From an uncultured Bacteroides sp. (GTDB lineage Bacteria > Bacteroidota > Bacteroidia > Bacteroidales > Muribaculaceae), in contig CAZJKZ010000004.1 in the NCBI GenBank assembly GCA_964546885.1, positions 25,938-89,937 of the forward strand: 64,000 bases of DNA, in the 5' to 3' direction. The notes under the pieces are model-generated. The model had not been told where the DNA came from. It worked only from the letters and a program-made list of their open reading frames with translations, and ran no database searches. Below, piece after piece: positions 17,628-27,925 of the stretch (positions within the stretch are counted from its first letter, which is position 1; the number at the start of each line of letters is the position of its first letter). The translations under genes and the position numbers were made by a program.

Positions 17628-19475
17628 ATGCATAAGCCTGCTGACTTTCTCCCCACCTCGGTAAAGGACATGAAGGCCTTGGGATGGGACTATGTGGATG
17701 TAGTGCTCTTCTCAGGAGACGCCTACGTGGATCATCCGTCATTTGCCGCAGCTGTTATAGGCCGCACATTGCAAGCAGCCGGATATAAGGTGGCTATCGT
17801 TCCTCAACCCAACTGGCGCGACGACCTAAGGGATTTCAAAAAATTCGGAGCTCCGCGCCTGTTTTTCGGGGTGTCGGCAGGAGCTATGGACTCGATGGTC
17901 AACCATTACACTGCCAACCGACGCAAACGCCACGACGATGCTTACACACCTGACGCAAGATGCGATATGCGCCCCGACTATCCCACGATAGTGTACTCTG
18001 AGATTCTTCGCCGCCTGTTTCCAGATACGCCAATTGTGGCGGGAGGTATAGAGGCTTCGCTGCGGCGATTCTCGCACTATGACTATTGGCAGGATCGTTT
18101 GCGCCCGTCAATCATTCTCGACGCTCCGGTGGATATGGTGCTATACGGTATGGGCGAACGATCGATTATAGAACTTGCCAATCGTCTGGACAATGGTGAA
18201 CAGATTTCCGCTATCAACGATTTGCGGCAATCGGTGGTTTTGTTACCTTCATCACAAATGCCTGTTGCAACCGATGAGAATAATATCATTCTCACAAGCT
18301 ATGACGACTGCCTTCGTGACAAACGGCTGCAATCAGCTAACTTCAAGCATATCGAGCAGCAGAGCAACCGAATGAACGGCGGCGCGACACTCTGGCAGCT
18401 TTACGGCAATAAAGTGGTGAAAGCTAATCCAATGTATCCGGCAATGAAGGCAGGAGAAATTGATGCAGCTTTTGATCTTCCATATACCCGTGTTCCTCAT
18501 CCCCGCTATAAAGGCAAACGTATTCCGGCCTACGAGATGATTCGCCATTCCGTAAATCTTCATCGAGGTTGCTTTGGTGGTTGCGCTTTTTGCACGATAT
18601 CCGCACATCAAGGCAAGTTTATCGCTTCGAGGTCTAAGGAGTCGATTATGCGTGAAGTAAAAGCTGTGACTCAAATGGATGATTTCAAGGGGTATATCAG
18701 TGATTTGGGCGGACCATCAGCCAATATGTACGCTATGGGCGGTAAGGACAAAAGCATCTGTGAGAAGTGTATGCGTCCTTCGTGTCTTCATCCTGCTCCA
18801 TGTAAAAACCTTGATACCTCGCATGCCAAACTGCTTGAAATCTACCACGAAGTTGACTCTCTTCCCGCCGTAAAGAAATCATTTATAGGCAGCGGCGTGC
18901 GCTACGACTTGGCTATGCATCGCACCGGCAACAAAGCAACTGACACTGTGAACCGCCGATACACAGAGGAATTGATTCGCAATCATGTGTCAGGGCGACT
19001 GAAAGTCGCACCTGAACACACATCTGATACTGTGCTCGACATTATGCGCAAGCCATCCTTTGCACAATTCCACCAATTTGCCGATCTCTTTGATGACATA
19101 AACAAGAAATTCGCGCTAAATCAGCAATTGATACCATATTTCATTTCGAGTCATCCGGGATGCCGGGAAGAGGACATGGCACAACTGGCAGTTGACACCA
19201 AACAAATGAACTTCAAGCTTGAGCAAGTGCAGGATTTCACCCCTACTCCTATGACAGTGGCTACTGAGATATATTACAGCGGATACCACCCATATACAGG
19301 TGAAAAAATCTATACAGCCCACACTCAAGCTGAGAAGCTCGCTCAGCGAAAATACTTTTTCTGGTATGACAAAACCTACCGCCAAGATATTATCGGTTCG
19401 CTAAAACGTATGCACCGTCCAGACCTCATAACCCGTCTTTTCCCGACAAAAAGGATGACAGAAACTAACAAATAG
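17628..19475 (+). CDS. ygiQ: YgiQ family radical SAM protein
   Basis: GDAYVDHPSF, RGCFGGCAFC and GGPSANMY motifs. Confidence 0.93.
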   Translation: MHKPADFLPTSVKDMKALGWDYVDVVLFSGDAYVDHPSFAAAVIGRTLQAAGYKVAIVPQPNWRDDLRDFKKFGAPRLFFGVSAGAMDSMVNHYTANRRKRHDDAYTPDARCDMRPDYPTIVYSEILRRLFPDTPIVAGGIEASLRRFSHYDYWQDRLRPSIILDAPVDMVLYGMGERSIIELANRLDNGEQISAINDLRQSVVLLPSSQMPVATDENNIILTSYDDCLRDKRLQSANFKHIEQQSNRMNGGATLWQLYGNKVVKANPMYPAMKAGEIDAAFDLPYTRVPHPRYKGKRIPAYEMIRHSVNLHRGCFGGCAFCTISAHQGKFIASRSKESIMREVKAVTQMDDFKGYISDLGGPSANMYAMGGKDKSICEKCMRPSCLHPAPCKNLDTSHAKLLEIYHEVDSLPAVKKSFIGSGVRYDLAMHRTGNKATDTVNRRYTEELIRNHVSGRLKVAPEHTSDTVLDIMRKPSFAQFHQFADLFDDINKKFALNQQLIPYFISSHPGCREEDMAQLAVDTKQMNFKLEQVQDFTPTPMTVATEIYYSGYHPYTGEKIYTAHTQAEKLAQRKYFFWYDKTYRQDIIGSLKRMHRPDLITRLFPTKRMTETNK

Positions 19476-19537
19476 TGGTGATTGTTTTTGATCCCTTAAT
19501 CAATATAGTCATAATTTTCATTTTAAAGAAGTATAAG

Positions 19538-20242
19538 GTGAGAAAAAACGGAATTGTGTTCGTTCATGGGATTGTTGGCAACAATAAGATATTTGAGTCC
19601 ATAAAGCCTTTAGTGCCCAACACATACGAGTTGAGAGAAATCGTGCTGCAAGGTCACGGCGGCAATGCTCTCGACTTCTCACGCGCCTCAATGAGTGCTT
19701 GGAAAAAACAGGTAGAAGAGTGTGTCAATGAGCTGTCAGTAAATTGCGAGATGGTTGTTGGTGTAGGTCATTCGATGGGCTGTTTACTGATGATCGACCA
19801 AGCAGCGAAAGGCTTTGTGTCAAGCTTGTTTCTGATGAATCCGCCTCTACGTATAAAGCCTAAATTAAATATGGTGACTAACGCTGCCAAAGTAGTTACC
19901 GGACATACAGACAGTGAAGTGGCTAAAGCTGCCAAAGATTCTTATGGAATATCTCTGGATTTCAATCCCTTTCACTATTACGGATGGCCTGCACGCTATC
20001 TTGAACTATTTAAAGAGAGCCGCAGAATCAGGCAACATGTACTCAGTAAAGTTAAATGTCCTGTCAAGGTAATGCTTTCACGCGAAGATGAAATGGTGTC
20101 TATTTCATCAGGCAATTATTTCAAGGATATGACCAATGTAAAGTTGATAGAGCTTCCCCACTCTACTCACTATTATTATTCTGCTGCTGACAAAGATATG
20201 ATCTCAAGAGAATTCGAAGACTTAATTGCGACTACTATGTAG
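19538..20242 (+). CDS. Alpha/beta hydrolase (carboxylesterase-like)
   Basis: VFVHG, GHG, GHSMG nucleophile elbow, D and H near the C-terminus. GTG start at 19538 inferred (track starts at 19475). Confidence 0.82.
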   Translation: MRKNGIVFVHGIVGNNKIFESIKPLVPNTYELREIVLQGHGGNALDFSRASMSAWKKQVEECVNELSVNCEMVVGVGHSMGCLLMIDQAAKGFVSSLFLMNPPLRIKPKLNMVTNAAKVVTGHTDSEVAKAAKDSYGISLDFNPFHYYGWPARYLELFKESRRIRQHVLSKVKCPVKVMLSREDEMVSISSGNYFKDMTNVKLIELPHSTHYYYSAADKDMISREFEDLIATTM

Positions 20243-20294
20243 TACCTGAAAATTAAGGTAGCTTGGTTATTCACAACACTTGTATGAAAAAACT

Positions 20295-20326
20295 ATTGTG
20301 TTCCTGAAATAGAGATACTAACTTTG
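20295..20326 (+). promoter_or_regulatory. Orphan sigmaA-like promoter ATTG-N20-TAACTTTG
   Basis: Consensus match between convergent genes, with no + strand gene downstream. Confidence 0.45.
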
Positions 20327-20353
20327 TGGTGTCAATGCGTATGTAGGAGAGCC

Positions 20354-20472
20354 AAAATGCTTTTCTCAAACAACATTTTTACAAAAAAATGCTCTGCATA
20401 AAGAGCATTTTATCAAATTGATTTATACAAACAACATTTTTTGCTTAAAATGCTCTGGCAAGAAAGCATTAT
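20354..20472. repeat. Array of four 26-bp imperfect palindromes (AAAATGCT-N10-AGCATTTT consensus)
   Basis: Boxes at 20354-20379, 20386-20411, 20415-20440 and 20447-20472. Confidence 0.8.
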
Positions 20473-20481
20473 TTCATAACC

Positions 20482-21678
20482 CTATCTATTTGAATGCTCC
20501 ACCTTGGAGATCTCTTTGTCGGTAATTAGAGTTAAGGCACCGTCAGTTGTGACATTGCAAGCGGTACCGAAGCCATCCTGAACTGTGTAAATCGCTGTCA
20601 TTACTCCTATAAAAGTTTCAATTTCACCACCGCCTAAAATGATTGTGCCCAAAATAGTAGAACAAGCCACGTTTAATCCGCCGGGCACACCGGGCGAACC
20701 AATGGCAATTACACAGGCAACTATAGCAAATATTATGAGATTTATTGATGAAGGTAAAGTGTGAAATAATGTGTAATACGTAGTGGTGACAAGGGCCATC
20801 TCAGCAATTACTGAACCGCAAAGATGCAGATTTGAGAAAAGAGGCAATGTAAAGTCGTAAGTCTCTTTTTTCACAATCGGACTCTTGGCTATACATTCAA
20901 GCGCAAAAGGCAAAGTGGCGGCTGAGGACATTGATCCTAACGCTGTAAAATATGCTTTTGGATAATATTTAAGCACCTGCCAGCCATTTTTTCCGGTGTA
21001 TATCGATGCAACAATATACATCACTGCAATCCATATCAACTGGCACACCACTACTATGGCAATAACAGGAAGGAATATTCCCATATTAGCAATCTGGCCT
21101 GTATAGGCAAGCAAAGCAAAATTGCATCCAACCAAAACAGGCAGCAAAGGCAGTAGAATTTTTTTTACGATAATTAGAATCATATCCTGAAATTTCTCCA
21201 TCGCCTTAGCAGCAGCCGTGAATTTAGTCCAAACGATCCCAAGACCTACAACTATTGCAAGAAGAAGAGCCGACATTGTGTCCATTGTAGGAAATGTGAT
21301 ATTAACTAAAGGCTTCTTAGGAAGATCTATTACAGGTTGTTGTGAGCCAAAATCAAGCAACGGCACCACAAAATGACTGGCTGCAAGCGAGAACATAGCC
21401 GCTCCGATAGACGAAAGATACGCCAATACGATGGTGAAAATCAATAGACGAGACACATTTCCGCTAAGTCGAGTAATCGAAGGGGTAACACATCCAAAAA
21501 TCAGCAGTGGCACCATGAAGAAAATAATCTGTCCTGTAAAAGTTTTCAGTGACATCAGTGTCTCCCTTGCTACGATGACCCCACCTTCGGGCAGTAATTT
21601 TATCAAAAAGCCGATTATACTTCCGACTATAATTGACAATACAAGAATAAATGCTGTGCTCGATAAAAGTTTTTTCAT
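20482..21678 (-). CDS. Dicarboxylate/amino acid:cation symporter (DAACS, SstT-like)
   Basis: SMSSAATLP, SPGVPGG and DGFGTACNVTTDG motifs. Confidence 0.9.
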   Translation of the reverse strand: MKKLLSSTAFILVLSIIVGSIIGFLIKLLPEGGVIVARETLMSLKTFTGQIIFFMVPLLIFGCVTPSITRLSGNVSRLLIFTIVLAYLSSIGAAMFSLAASHFVVPLLDFGSQQPVIDLPKKPLVNITFPTMDTMSALLLAIVVGLGIVWTKFTAAAKAMEKFQDMILIIVKKILLPLLPVLVGCNFALLAYTGQIANMGIFLPVIAIVVVCQLIWIAVMYIVASIYTGKNGWQVLKYYPKAYFTALGSMSSAATLPFALECIAKSPIVKKETYDFTLPLFSNLHLCGSVIAEMALVTTTYYTLFHTLPSSINLIIFAIVACVIAIGSPGVPGGLNVACSTILGTIILGGGEIETFIGVMTAIYTVQDGFGTACNVTTDGALTLITDKEISKVEHSNR

Positions 21679-21843
21679 TTGATATATAATAATTTAAAAG
21701 ACTTATAAGAGCTATAAGATTTGTATTCAGGAGCCTCTTGATTTGCGCCGAGCGGCACTCATCATGTCACAAATTATGACTGATTATCTATAGACATTCC
21801 ACTCACTGATATTACCTGTTTTTTTAAGGATTCCATTCATTTT

Positions 21844-22383
21844 TTATCCGAAGAGGTGGTGAAGCTGCATAAAGCGACTTAAAGAATCATCACCGTGGGC
21901 TTGCATAGAGCGAGATACTCGGTCAAACGATTTTTCTTTCATATCGCCACTCTTTGAGAAGAATTTATCGGCATAGCAAATCAATTTTTCCAGCATCGTT
22001 TCGGGCATATAATTGCCGGGAGGCAAAGGCAATTGCTGGTTTTCTATATCTTCCAGTGTGAGGCCTGCTCCGGTGTGCCGTTCTGCCACCCGTGCTATAT
22101 ATTCAGGTACACCTTCGCTTCGAAGGAGCTGCGCGCCCAAAATGCCGTGACAAATGTACGGCTCTGAGCCTTCACAGAAAATCGAAGGAGCGTGTGTCTT
22201 AAAAATTCCAATATCATGAAGCATGGCAGCCGCTTTAATATCATCCTCGGATAGATCAAGATGCTTGGAGGCGCCAATTTCCAAAGCCTTATCTGCCACC
22301 TGCGTGGAATGAAGAATCAGGGTCGCACGCAAGCGCGACCCTGACGGATAATATTTATCAATTATTTTTTGATAGTCAATCAT
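21844..22383 (-). CDS. HD/HDIG domain phosphohydrolase
   Basis: HS...LHDIG...HG...RH...YADKF. The ATG at 22383 overlaps the ilvE stop (TAATG). Confidence 0.88.
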   Translation of the reverse strand: MIDYQKIIDKYYPSGSRLRATLILHSTQVADKALEIGASKHLDLSEDDIKAAAMLHDIGIFKTHAPSIFCEGSEPYICHGILGAQLLRSEGVPEYIARVAERHTGAGLTLEDIENQQLPLPPGNYMPETMLEKLICYADKFFSKSGDMKEKSFDRVSRSMQAHGDDSLSRFMQLHHLFG

Positions 22384-23426
22384 TACTCTTCTATTTCGTC
22401 GACAATTGTGCACCAGCCATGAACATCCTCGATTTCGCCGTACTGAATACCACGCAGACGGTTGTAAAGTTCGGTCACTACAGGACCAGGCTTGCCGTCC
22501 TTAGCCACAATATATTTTTTGTCCGTGTCAAGGTCATGAATTTCGCCTACGGGAGAAGCTACAGCGGCAGTGCCGACAGCAGCAGCCTCATCAATGTTTT
22601 CCAGTTCGTCCACTGTAATATGACGGGCTTCTATCTCCATACCCATATCCTTTGCGAGTTGCTGCAAACTCTTGTTAGTGATGGACGGTAGAATAGAATT
22701 GCTTGCCGGAGTGATGTATTTATTTCCTTTTATCATGATGAAATTGGCCGGTCCGCACTCATCAAGATATTTCTTTTCTTTCGGATCGAGATAAAGCACT
22801 GCCGAATATCCCAATTCGTGAGCTTTCTCGCCTGCCTCAAGAGAAGCTGCATAGTTGCCGCCTACCTTCCAGCGACCTGTACCGTTGGGAGCCACGCGGT
22901 CGAAGCAGCGCATGATGCAGATATTGCTCGGATTGAAGCCGGTCTTGAAGTATGCGCCTACGGGAGTTACAAACACCACGAAAAGATACTCCTTAGCGGG
23001 CTTAACGCCTACCTGAGCCGATGTGCCGAACTCGAGAGGACGGATATATAGCGAAGCACCAGTGCCGTAAGGAGGCACGAAGCGAGCATTGAGCTGAACG
23101 CATTTAATCACCATCTCCTTGAAGAGTTCTTCGGTGATTGGAGCCATGAGCAGACCGTTGGCTGAGTCGGCAATACGTTTTGCGTTCTCTTCGAGACGGA
23201 AGATACGGATTTTGCCATCTTTTCCTCTAAAGGCTTTGAGACCTTCGAAGATTTCCTGTCCATAGTGCAAGCCTGTGGCTGCCATATGCACATCGATATA
23301 AGGCGAATTAGAAACTTCGATTTCGCCCCATTTGCCTTCAGCGTATTTACATCTTACGTTGTAATCAGTAGGAATATATCCGAAAGGAATATTTTTCCAA
23401 TCGATATCAGCTGTCGTTTTTCCCAT
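22383..23426 (-). CDS. ilvE: Branched-chain amino acid aminotransferase
   Basis: LHYGQEIFEGLKA, LYIRP, KVGGNY and ILPSIT motifs. Confidence 0.95.
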   Translation of the reverse strand: MGKTTADIDWKNIPFGYIPTDYNVRCKYAEGKWGEIEVSNSPYIDVHMAATGLHYGQEIFEGLKAFRGKDGKIRIFRLEENAKRIADSANGLLMAPITEELFKEMVIKCVQLNARFVPPYGTGASLYIRPLEFGTSAQVGVKPAKEYLFVVFVTPVGAYFKTGFNPSNICIMRCFDRVAPNGTGRWKVGGNYAASLEAGEKAHELGYSAVLYLDPKEKKYLDECGPANFIMIKGNKYITPASNSILPSITNKSLQQLAKDMGMEIEARHITVDELENIDEAAAVGTAAVASPVGEIHDLDTDKKYIVAKDGKPGPVVTELYNRLRGIQYGEIEDVHGWCTIVDEIEE

Positions 23427-23458
23427 AATATTAAGTTTTGAGTGAGAATAATTCTTTT

Positions 23459-24508
23459 TTAAATAATCAGCATAGCATCGCCGTATGCACCAAAGCGGTA
23501 TCCCTCTGCAATAGCCACATTGTAGGCGTGCATAATTTCGTCATAGCCGCCGAAGGCACATGTCATCATCAGCATAGTAGAGTAAGGCATATGGAAATTG
23601 GTGACCAGCGATGTGGGCACATTGAAATCATATGGAGGGAAGATGAACTTGTTGGTCCAGCCGTCATAAGTCTTCATATGCTTGCCCATACTTACAGCGC
23701 TCTCAATAGCGCGGAGCACCGAAGTGCCTATGGCACACACCTGACGATCCTCGTCTTTAGCCGCATTGACAGTGTTTACAAGATCTTCCGAAACGAAAAT
23801 CTGCTCTGAGTCCATGCGGTGCTTTGTGAGATCCTCAACGTCAATTTCACGGAAATTGCCAAGTCCGCAATGCACGGTGATGAATGACTGCTGCACGCCG
23901 CGTATCTCAAGGCGTTTGAGAAGCTCGCGTGTAAAGTGAATACCTGCAGCCGGAGCCATTACGGCACCTTCCTTTTCAGCGAAGATACACTGGTAATTAT
24001 CTTCATCCTCAGGCTCTACCGGACGCTTGATATATAATGGCAGAGGAGTCTCGCCCAGAGCGTACAGAGCCTTTTTAAATTCGGCGTGCGACCCGTCGTA
24101 AAGGAATCTCAGTGTACGTCCTCTGGATGTAGTGTTATCAATCACCTCGGCAATCATTGACTCGTCGTCACCGAAATACAACTTATTGCCTATACGTATC
24201 TTACGCGCCGGTTCCACCAATACGTCCCAAAGCTTGTTGGCTTCGTTGAGTTCACGCAGGAGGAACACCTCTATGCGCGCTCCTGTCTTTTCCTTGTTGC
24301 CGTATAGACGGGCGGGAAACACTTTGGTATCGTTGAAAACCATTACGTCGCCATCACCAAAGAAACCAAGAATGTTCTTGAATATCAGATGCTCAATATC
24401 GCCTGTACGCTTGTGGACCACCATAAGACGGCACTCGTCGCGCGGCTGAGCGGGATACTGTGCGATAAGAGATTCCGGAACTTTAAACTTAAATTGCGAT
24501 AACTTCAT
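23459..24508 (-). CDS. queA: S-adenosylmethionine:tRNA ribosyltransferase-isomerase
   Basis: [25 protein letters not shown] and [12 protein letters not shown] motifs. Confidence 0.96.
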   Translation of the reverse strand: MKLSQFKFKVPESLIAQYPAQPRDECRLMVVHKRTGDIEHLIFKNILGFFGDGDVMVFNDTKVFPARLYGNKEKTGARIEVFLLRELNEANKLWDVLVEPARKIRIGNKLYFGDDESMIAEVIDNTTSRGRTLRFLYDGSHAEFKKALYALGETPLPLYIKRPVEPEDEDNYQCIFAEKEGAVMAPAAGIHFTRELLKRLEIRGVQQSFITVHCGLGNFREIDVEDLTKHRMDSEQIFVSEDLVNTVNAAKDEDRQVCAIGTSVLRAIESAVSMGKHMKTYDGWTNKFIFPPYDFNVPTSLVTNFHMPYSTMLMMTCAFGGYDEIMHAYNVAIAEGYRFGAYGDAMLII

Positions 24509-25239
24509 ATTATTTCAGGTTTCGTGTTGTCTGAGAAATTTTCTGGATAAGTAATATCTACTGTACGTATGAGTTCGGCTATCTGGTCGATAGAGAGACA
24601 GTCGTCAATGCGAGCGTCGCCCACCTTTGTACGCCTCAAAGCCGTAAGATAGGCACCTGAGCCAAGCGCCTCACCTATATCTCGAGCAAGCGCGCGTATA
24701 TAGGTGCCTTTGCTGCATACCACTCTTATATTGATTTTTTGCGGAGAGAACTCCAAGAGTTCTATCTCGTCGATTACGAGAGTCTTGGGCTTAAGCTCTA
24801 CTTCTTTGCCCTTTCTTGCCGATTCGTAAGCTCTCTTTCCGTCAACCTTTATGGCAGAAAAAGCCGGTGGCACTTGACTAATTGTGCCTACGAACTGCTT
24901 CAGAACGCTCTCAACAAGTTCTTTTGTAATGTGTGCGGTGGGATAAGTGGCATCAATTTTCGTCTCCATGTCGAAGGACGGCGTGGTGGCTCCCAATGCC
25001 ATTTCAGCCACATATTCTTTCACTCCAGCCTGGAGTTCTTCGATGCGCTTAGTCGCCCGCCCGGTGCACACCACCATCACGCCAGTTGCAAGAGGGTCAA
25101 GCGTTCCGGCATGCCCCACTTTGAGTTTTTTCATCTGCATACGGCGTGTTAGCGCACCGCGCACACGCTTTACGGCATCAAACGATGTCCAGCCGTAGGG
25201 TTTGTCTATATATAGGATTTCTCCGTCGATAAAGTTCAT
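24505..25239 (-). CDS. truB: tRNA pseudouridine(55) synthase
   Basis: [14 protein letters not shown] and CSKGTYIR motifs. Confidence 0.97.
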   Translation of the reverse strand: MNFIDGEILYIDKPYGWTSFDAVKRVRGALTRRMQMKKLKVGHAGTLDPLATGVMVVCTGRATKRIEELQAGVKEYVAEMALGATTPSFDMETKIDATYPTAHITKELVESVLKQFVGTISQVPPAFSAIKVDGKRAYESARKGKEVELKPKTLVIDEIELLEFSPQKINIRVVCSKGTYIRALARDIGEALGSGAYLTALRRTKVGDARIDDCLSIDQIAELIRTVDITYPENFSDNTKPEII

Positions 25240-25282
25240 TCTCTGTTTGATAAAATAGAGTATATGCTACTAATATCCTTTT

Positions 25283-26095
25283 TTAGTTGAAAAACGAGTA
25301 GCATATGCACACCACACCCACAATCACACAGTATAGTGCAAACCATATAAGCTTACCTTTCTTCACTATATTGAGCATCCATTTACAAGCAATACAACCC
25401 ACAATAAAAGCTGTGAGAAATCCTACGATAAGGGCGTTGAATCCAACAAGTCCGGAACCACCCTCAGTTATAAGATCTTTCATTCCAAGCAATGCCTCGC
25501 CGAGAATAGGTATAATAACCATAAAGAAGGAGAATTGAGCCACCTTTTCTTTGCTATCGCCCAACAAAAGGCCGGTAGCAATCGTTGTGCCCGAACGGCT
25601 TAATCCCGGAAGCACTGCCACTGCCTGAGAGCAACCTATAATGAAAGCGTCTCTAAATGTGATTTTGTGTCCGCGTGTGCCATAGATGTTAGGAGTGAAA
25701 TATGTAAAAGCCAAGAGTGCGGCTGTGATACAAAGACAAACACCTACAAGTAGAAGATCGCTGCCAAAGAAAGCCTCTACTTTATCTTTAAAAAGAAGGC
25801 CCACTATACCAATCGGAATGCATGAGAGGAGAATTTTCCATACATATCTGGTGTTCTCATCTTTTTTAAACGTTAAGAACGAAGTGCATAAGGGAATAAA
25901 CTCACGCCAAAGCACCACGATAGTACTCAGCACAGTGGCAACATGGAGCGTGACATCAAACTCAAGACTATCCGCTCCCGACATCTCTATACCGAGAATC
26001 TCACGGAAGATTTCGAGATGGCCTGACGAACTAATAGGTAAATACTCGGCAAGACCTTGCACAAGACCAAGGATAAACGCTTGTAATGTATCCAT
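25283..26095 (-). CDS. uppP: Undecaprenyl-diphosphate phosphatase
   Basis: [14 protein letters not shown] and PGLSRSG motifs. Confidence 0.96.
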   Translation of the reverse strand: MDTLQAFILGLVQGLAEYLPISSSGHLEIFREILGIEMSGADSLEFDVTLHVATVLSTIVVLWREFIPLCTSFLTFKKDENTRYVWKILLSCIPIGIVGLLFKDKVEAFFGSDLLLVGVCLCITAALLAFTYFTPNIYGTRGHKITFRDAFIIGCSQAVAVLPGLSRSGTTIATGLLLGDSKEKVAQFSFFMVIIPILGEALLGMKDLITEGGSGLVGFNALIVGFLTAFIVGCIACKWMLNIVKKGKLIWFALYCVIVGVVCICYSFFN

Positions 26096-26157
26096 TTAAA
26101 CAAAAATTAATACCAATAGCCTCAGAACGCGCCTTGACTATCGGTGTATGGGTAAAA

Positions 26158-26421
26158 TCAGATTTTATTTTTCGGACGTATGATGATCGCAATAGCCATG
26201 AGCACGAAGCCAAGGAAGCTGATAAATGGTCCTACAACTATACGGCGTGTGCTGAAAATTTCAGGATTGTACTCGTCAATACCCGACGAGCTGCCCGTCA
26301 TCAATATGAAACCTAACACTATCATGATGCCGGCTGCAATCATCACAATGAAATTATTGCGCATTAGCGGCATATTATTCTCAGTGTCCTGAGGCAGTTG
26401 AGATGGATTAGTTTCTATCAT
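26158..26421 (-). CDS. DUF3098 family membrane protein
   Basis: Two TM segments flanking GFILMTG...IFSTRRI; conserved position between ftsX and uppP. Confidence 0.85.
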   Translation of the reverse strand: MIETNPSQLPQDTENNMPLMRNNFIVMIAAGIMIVLGFILMTGSSSGIDEYNPEIFSTRRIVVGPFISFLGFVLMAIAIIIRPKNKI

Positions 26422-26447
26422 TATAAATTGGAATAAGATTATATTAA

Positions 26448-27320
26448 TTAACTCATATATAAGTCATCGTAAGAGAATCCGATGTATCTTTTAGCTGCAA
26501 TAAACGAAGCCAAAGCGCAAAACACGATGCCTATGACCACCAATATGCCGCAAAGAGCCGCAGTGTGGGCGATATCTACAAAAATAAGCACAGCCACACC
26601 TTGCGACAATGTGTAGAAATACAGAGCAAGGATTGCAGCCGAGGCTAAAATGCCCGATATCAAACCAAGAGCTACGCCTGACCAAACTACAGGCTTAAGG
26701 ATGAAGCCGGGAGTGGCTCCAACAAGTTTCATTGTATGGATTATGAATCGACGCGTATACACCAAGAGACTCACCGTGTTGAAAATCAGCACCAAAGAAA
26801 TTATTAAAAGCCCCACCCCAAGAATCGACAGATAAAGAGTAGCTTTTGATAAGAAACTATTGATATTGTCAATCACCTCAGATGAGTAGGTGACGCTATC
26901 TACGCCATTTATGCTCTGAATTTCGCTGGCTATACGTTTGATATCAGCAGAGTTGGCATAAGAAGGCTCCAAGAAAATCTCGAACTCGGCGGCAAAAGGA
27001 TTCTCTCCTAACACTTCTATAATATCCGCATTATATTTCTTCTCTATTTCCAGCACTTCAGCAGCTGATGTATAGTGGACGGACGCTGCATAAGCTTGAT
27101 TAGAGAGAGTACGCGAAAGATATGCGATTTGGGAGGAGTCTGCATCTGTAGTCAAACGCACAGTGATGGCTACATTTTCACGAAGCGAATCATTCGCGCC
27201 GTAAGTGATGGAAGACACCAATATAATAAGTCCCACAATGAGCAGCACAAGAGCCACACTTATTATTGTGGAAATCTGGGAACCTATCGACGATATCTTT
27301 TTCCTTCTGGACTTTGACAT
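26448..27320 (-). CDS. ftsX: Cell division permease FtsX
   Basis: LGENP loop, IHTMKLVGAT..FI..P motif, 4 TM segments; -7 box at 27365-27372. Confidence 0.88.
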   Translation of the reverse strand: MSKSRRKKISSIGSQISTIISVALVLLIVGLIILVSSITYGANDSLRENVAITVRLTTDADSSQIAYLSRTLSNQAYAASVHYTSAAEVLEIEKKYNADIIEVLGENPFAAEFEIFLEPSYANSADIKRIASEIQSINGVDSVTYSSEVIDNINSFLSKATLYLSILGVGLLIISLVLIFNTVSLLVYTRRFIIHTMKLVGATPGFILKPVVWSGVALGLISGILASAAILALYFYTLSQGVAVLIFVDIAHTAALCGILVVIGIVFCALASFIAAKRYIGFSYDDLYMS

Positions 27321-27465
27321 AAACAGAATAAAACTGAATCGGACACACCAATTCTAAATTTCGGCAAAATTAGCACATTTTGGCTTGTAATGCAAATTAA
27401 TTCGTTTAAAATAATTTAATTTGACATTACAAAGCCGAAAAGTGGGAATTTTACCGAATTTACAG

Positions 27466-27612
27466 TCACACTGCGAGAGGGGCTATGCAAGCTGCCACGT
27501 CGGTGTCACCGGCCAAATCTGCCATAGTGAGCCAAACGATAAGTAAAATGATGAGTACTACCGCGCCGATAGCTATCCAAAGATTACGGGTGTTGTTTTT
27601 TCTGTCTGACAT
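27466..27612 (-). CDS. Small single-TM protein (48 aa), not in the ORF track
   Basis: MSDRKNNTRNLWIAIGAVVLIILLIVWLTMADLAGDTDVAACIAPLAV*: basic N-terminus, TM segment, acidic tail; A-rich start context. Confidence 0.65.
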   Translation of the reverse strand: MSDRKNNTRNLWIAIGAVVLIILLIVWLTMADLAGDTDVAACIAPLAV

Positions 27613-27742
27613 AGTTGTAAAACGTTAATAGTTGATTTGGTTGTATAAACAATTGTAAATGCGATAATGTTCACGACAATTCAACGCAAAGGGCATTTTT
27701 GGTTTGGAAATGTATAATAAATTATATAATTTTGCAGACGAT

Positions 27743-27925
27743 ATGAATACATCAGTTATCATACGATTTGCGATATTAGGTGTTTTTTGGCTGCTTTTGG
27801 TGTACGCGATGCTCAAAAGTGCGCCACGAGTCACACTATATCATATATTCTGGATAATCGCTTCGGCGATTATTATTTTCGTACCCATGTATAAAAAATA
27901 TGTGAAGAATGGAGACCACAGATGA
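27743..27925 (+). CDS. Small two-TM protein (60 aa) overlapping the dxs start
   Basis: MNTSVIIRFAILGVFWLLLVYAML...FWIIASAIIIFVPMYKKYVK; -7 box TAATTTTG at 27727-27734. Confidence 0.65.
   Translation: MNTSVIIRFAILGVFWLLLVYAMLKSAPRVTLYHIFWIIASAIIIFVPMYKKYVKNGDHR

Noticed and set aside
20354-20472. Mini CRISPR array
   Set aside because: Gaps of 3-6 bp, degenerate units, no cas genes
21722-21790. GC-richer patch upstream of the symporter as a riboswitch
   Set aside because: Only a 5-bp hairpin; no match to glycine, SAM, SAH or other consensus that I can recognise
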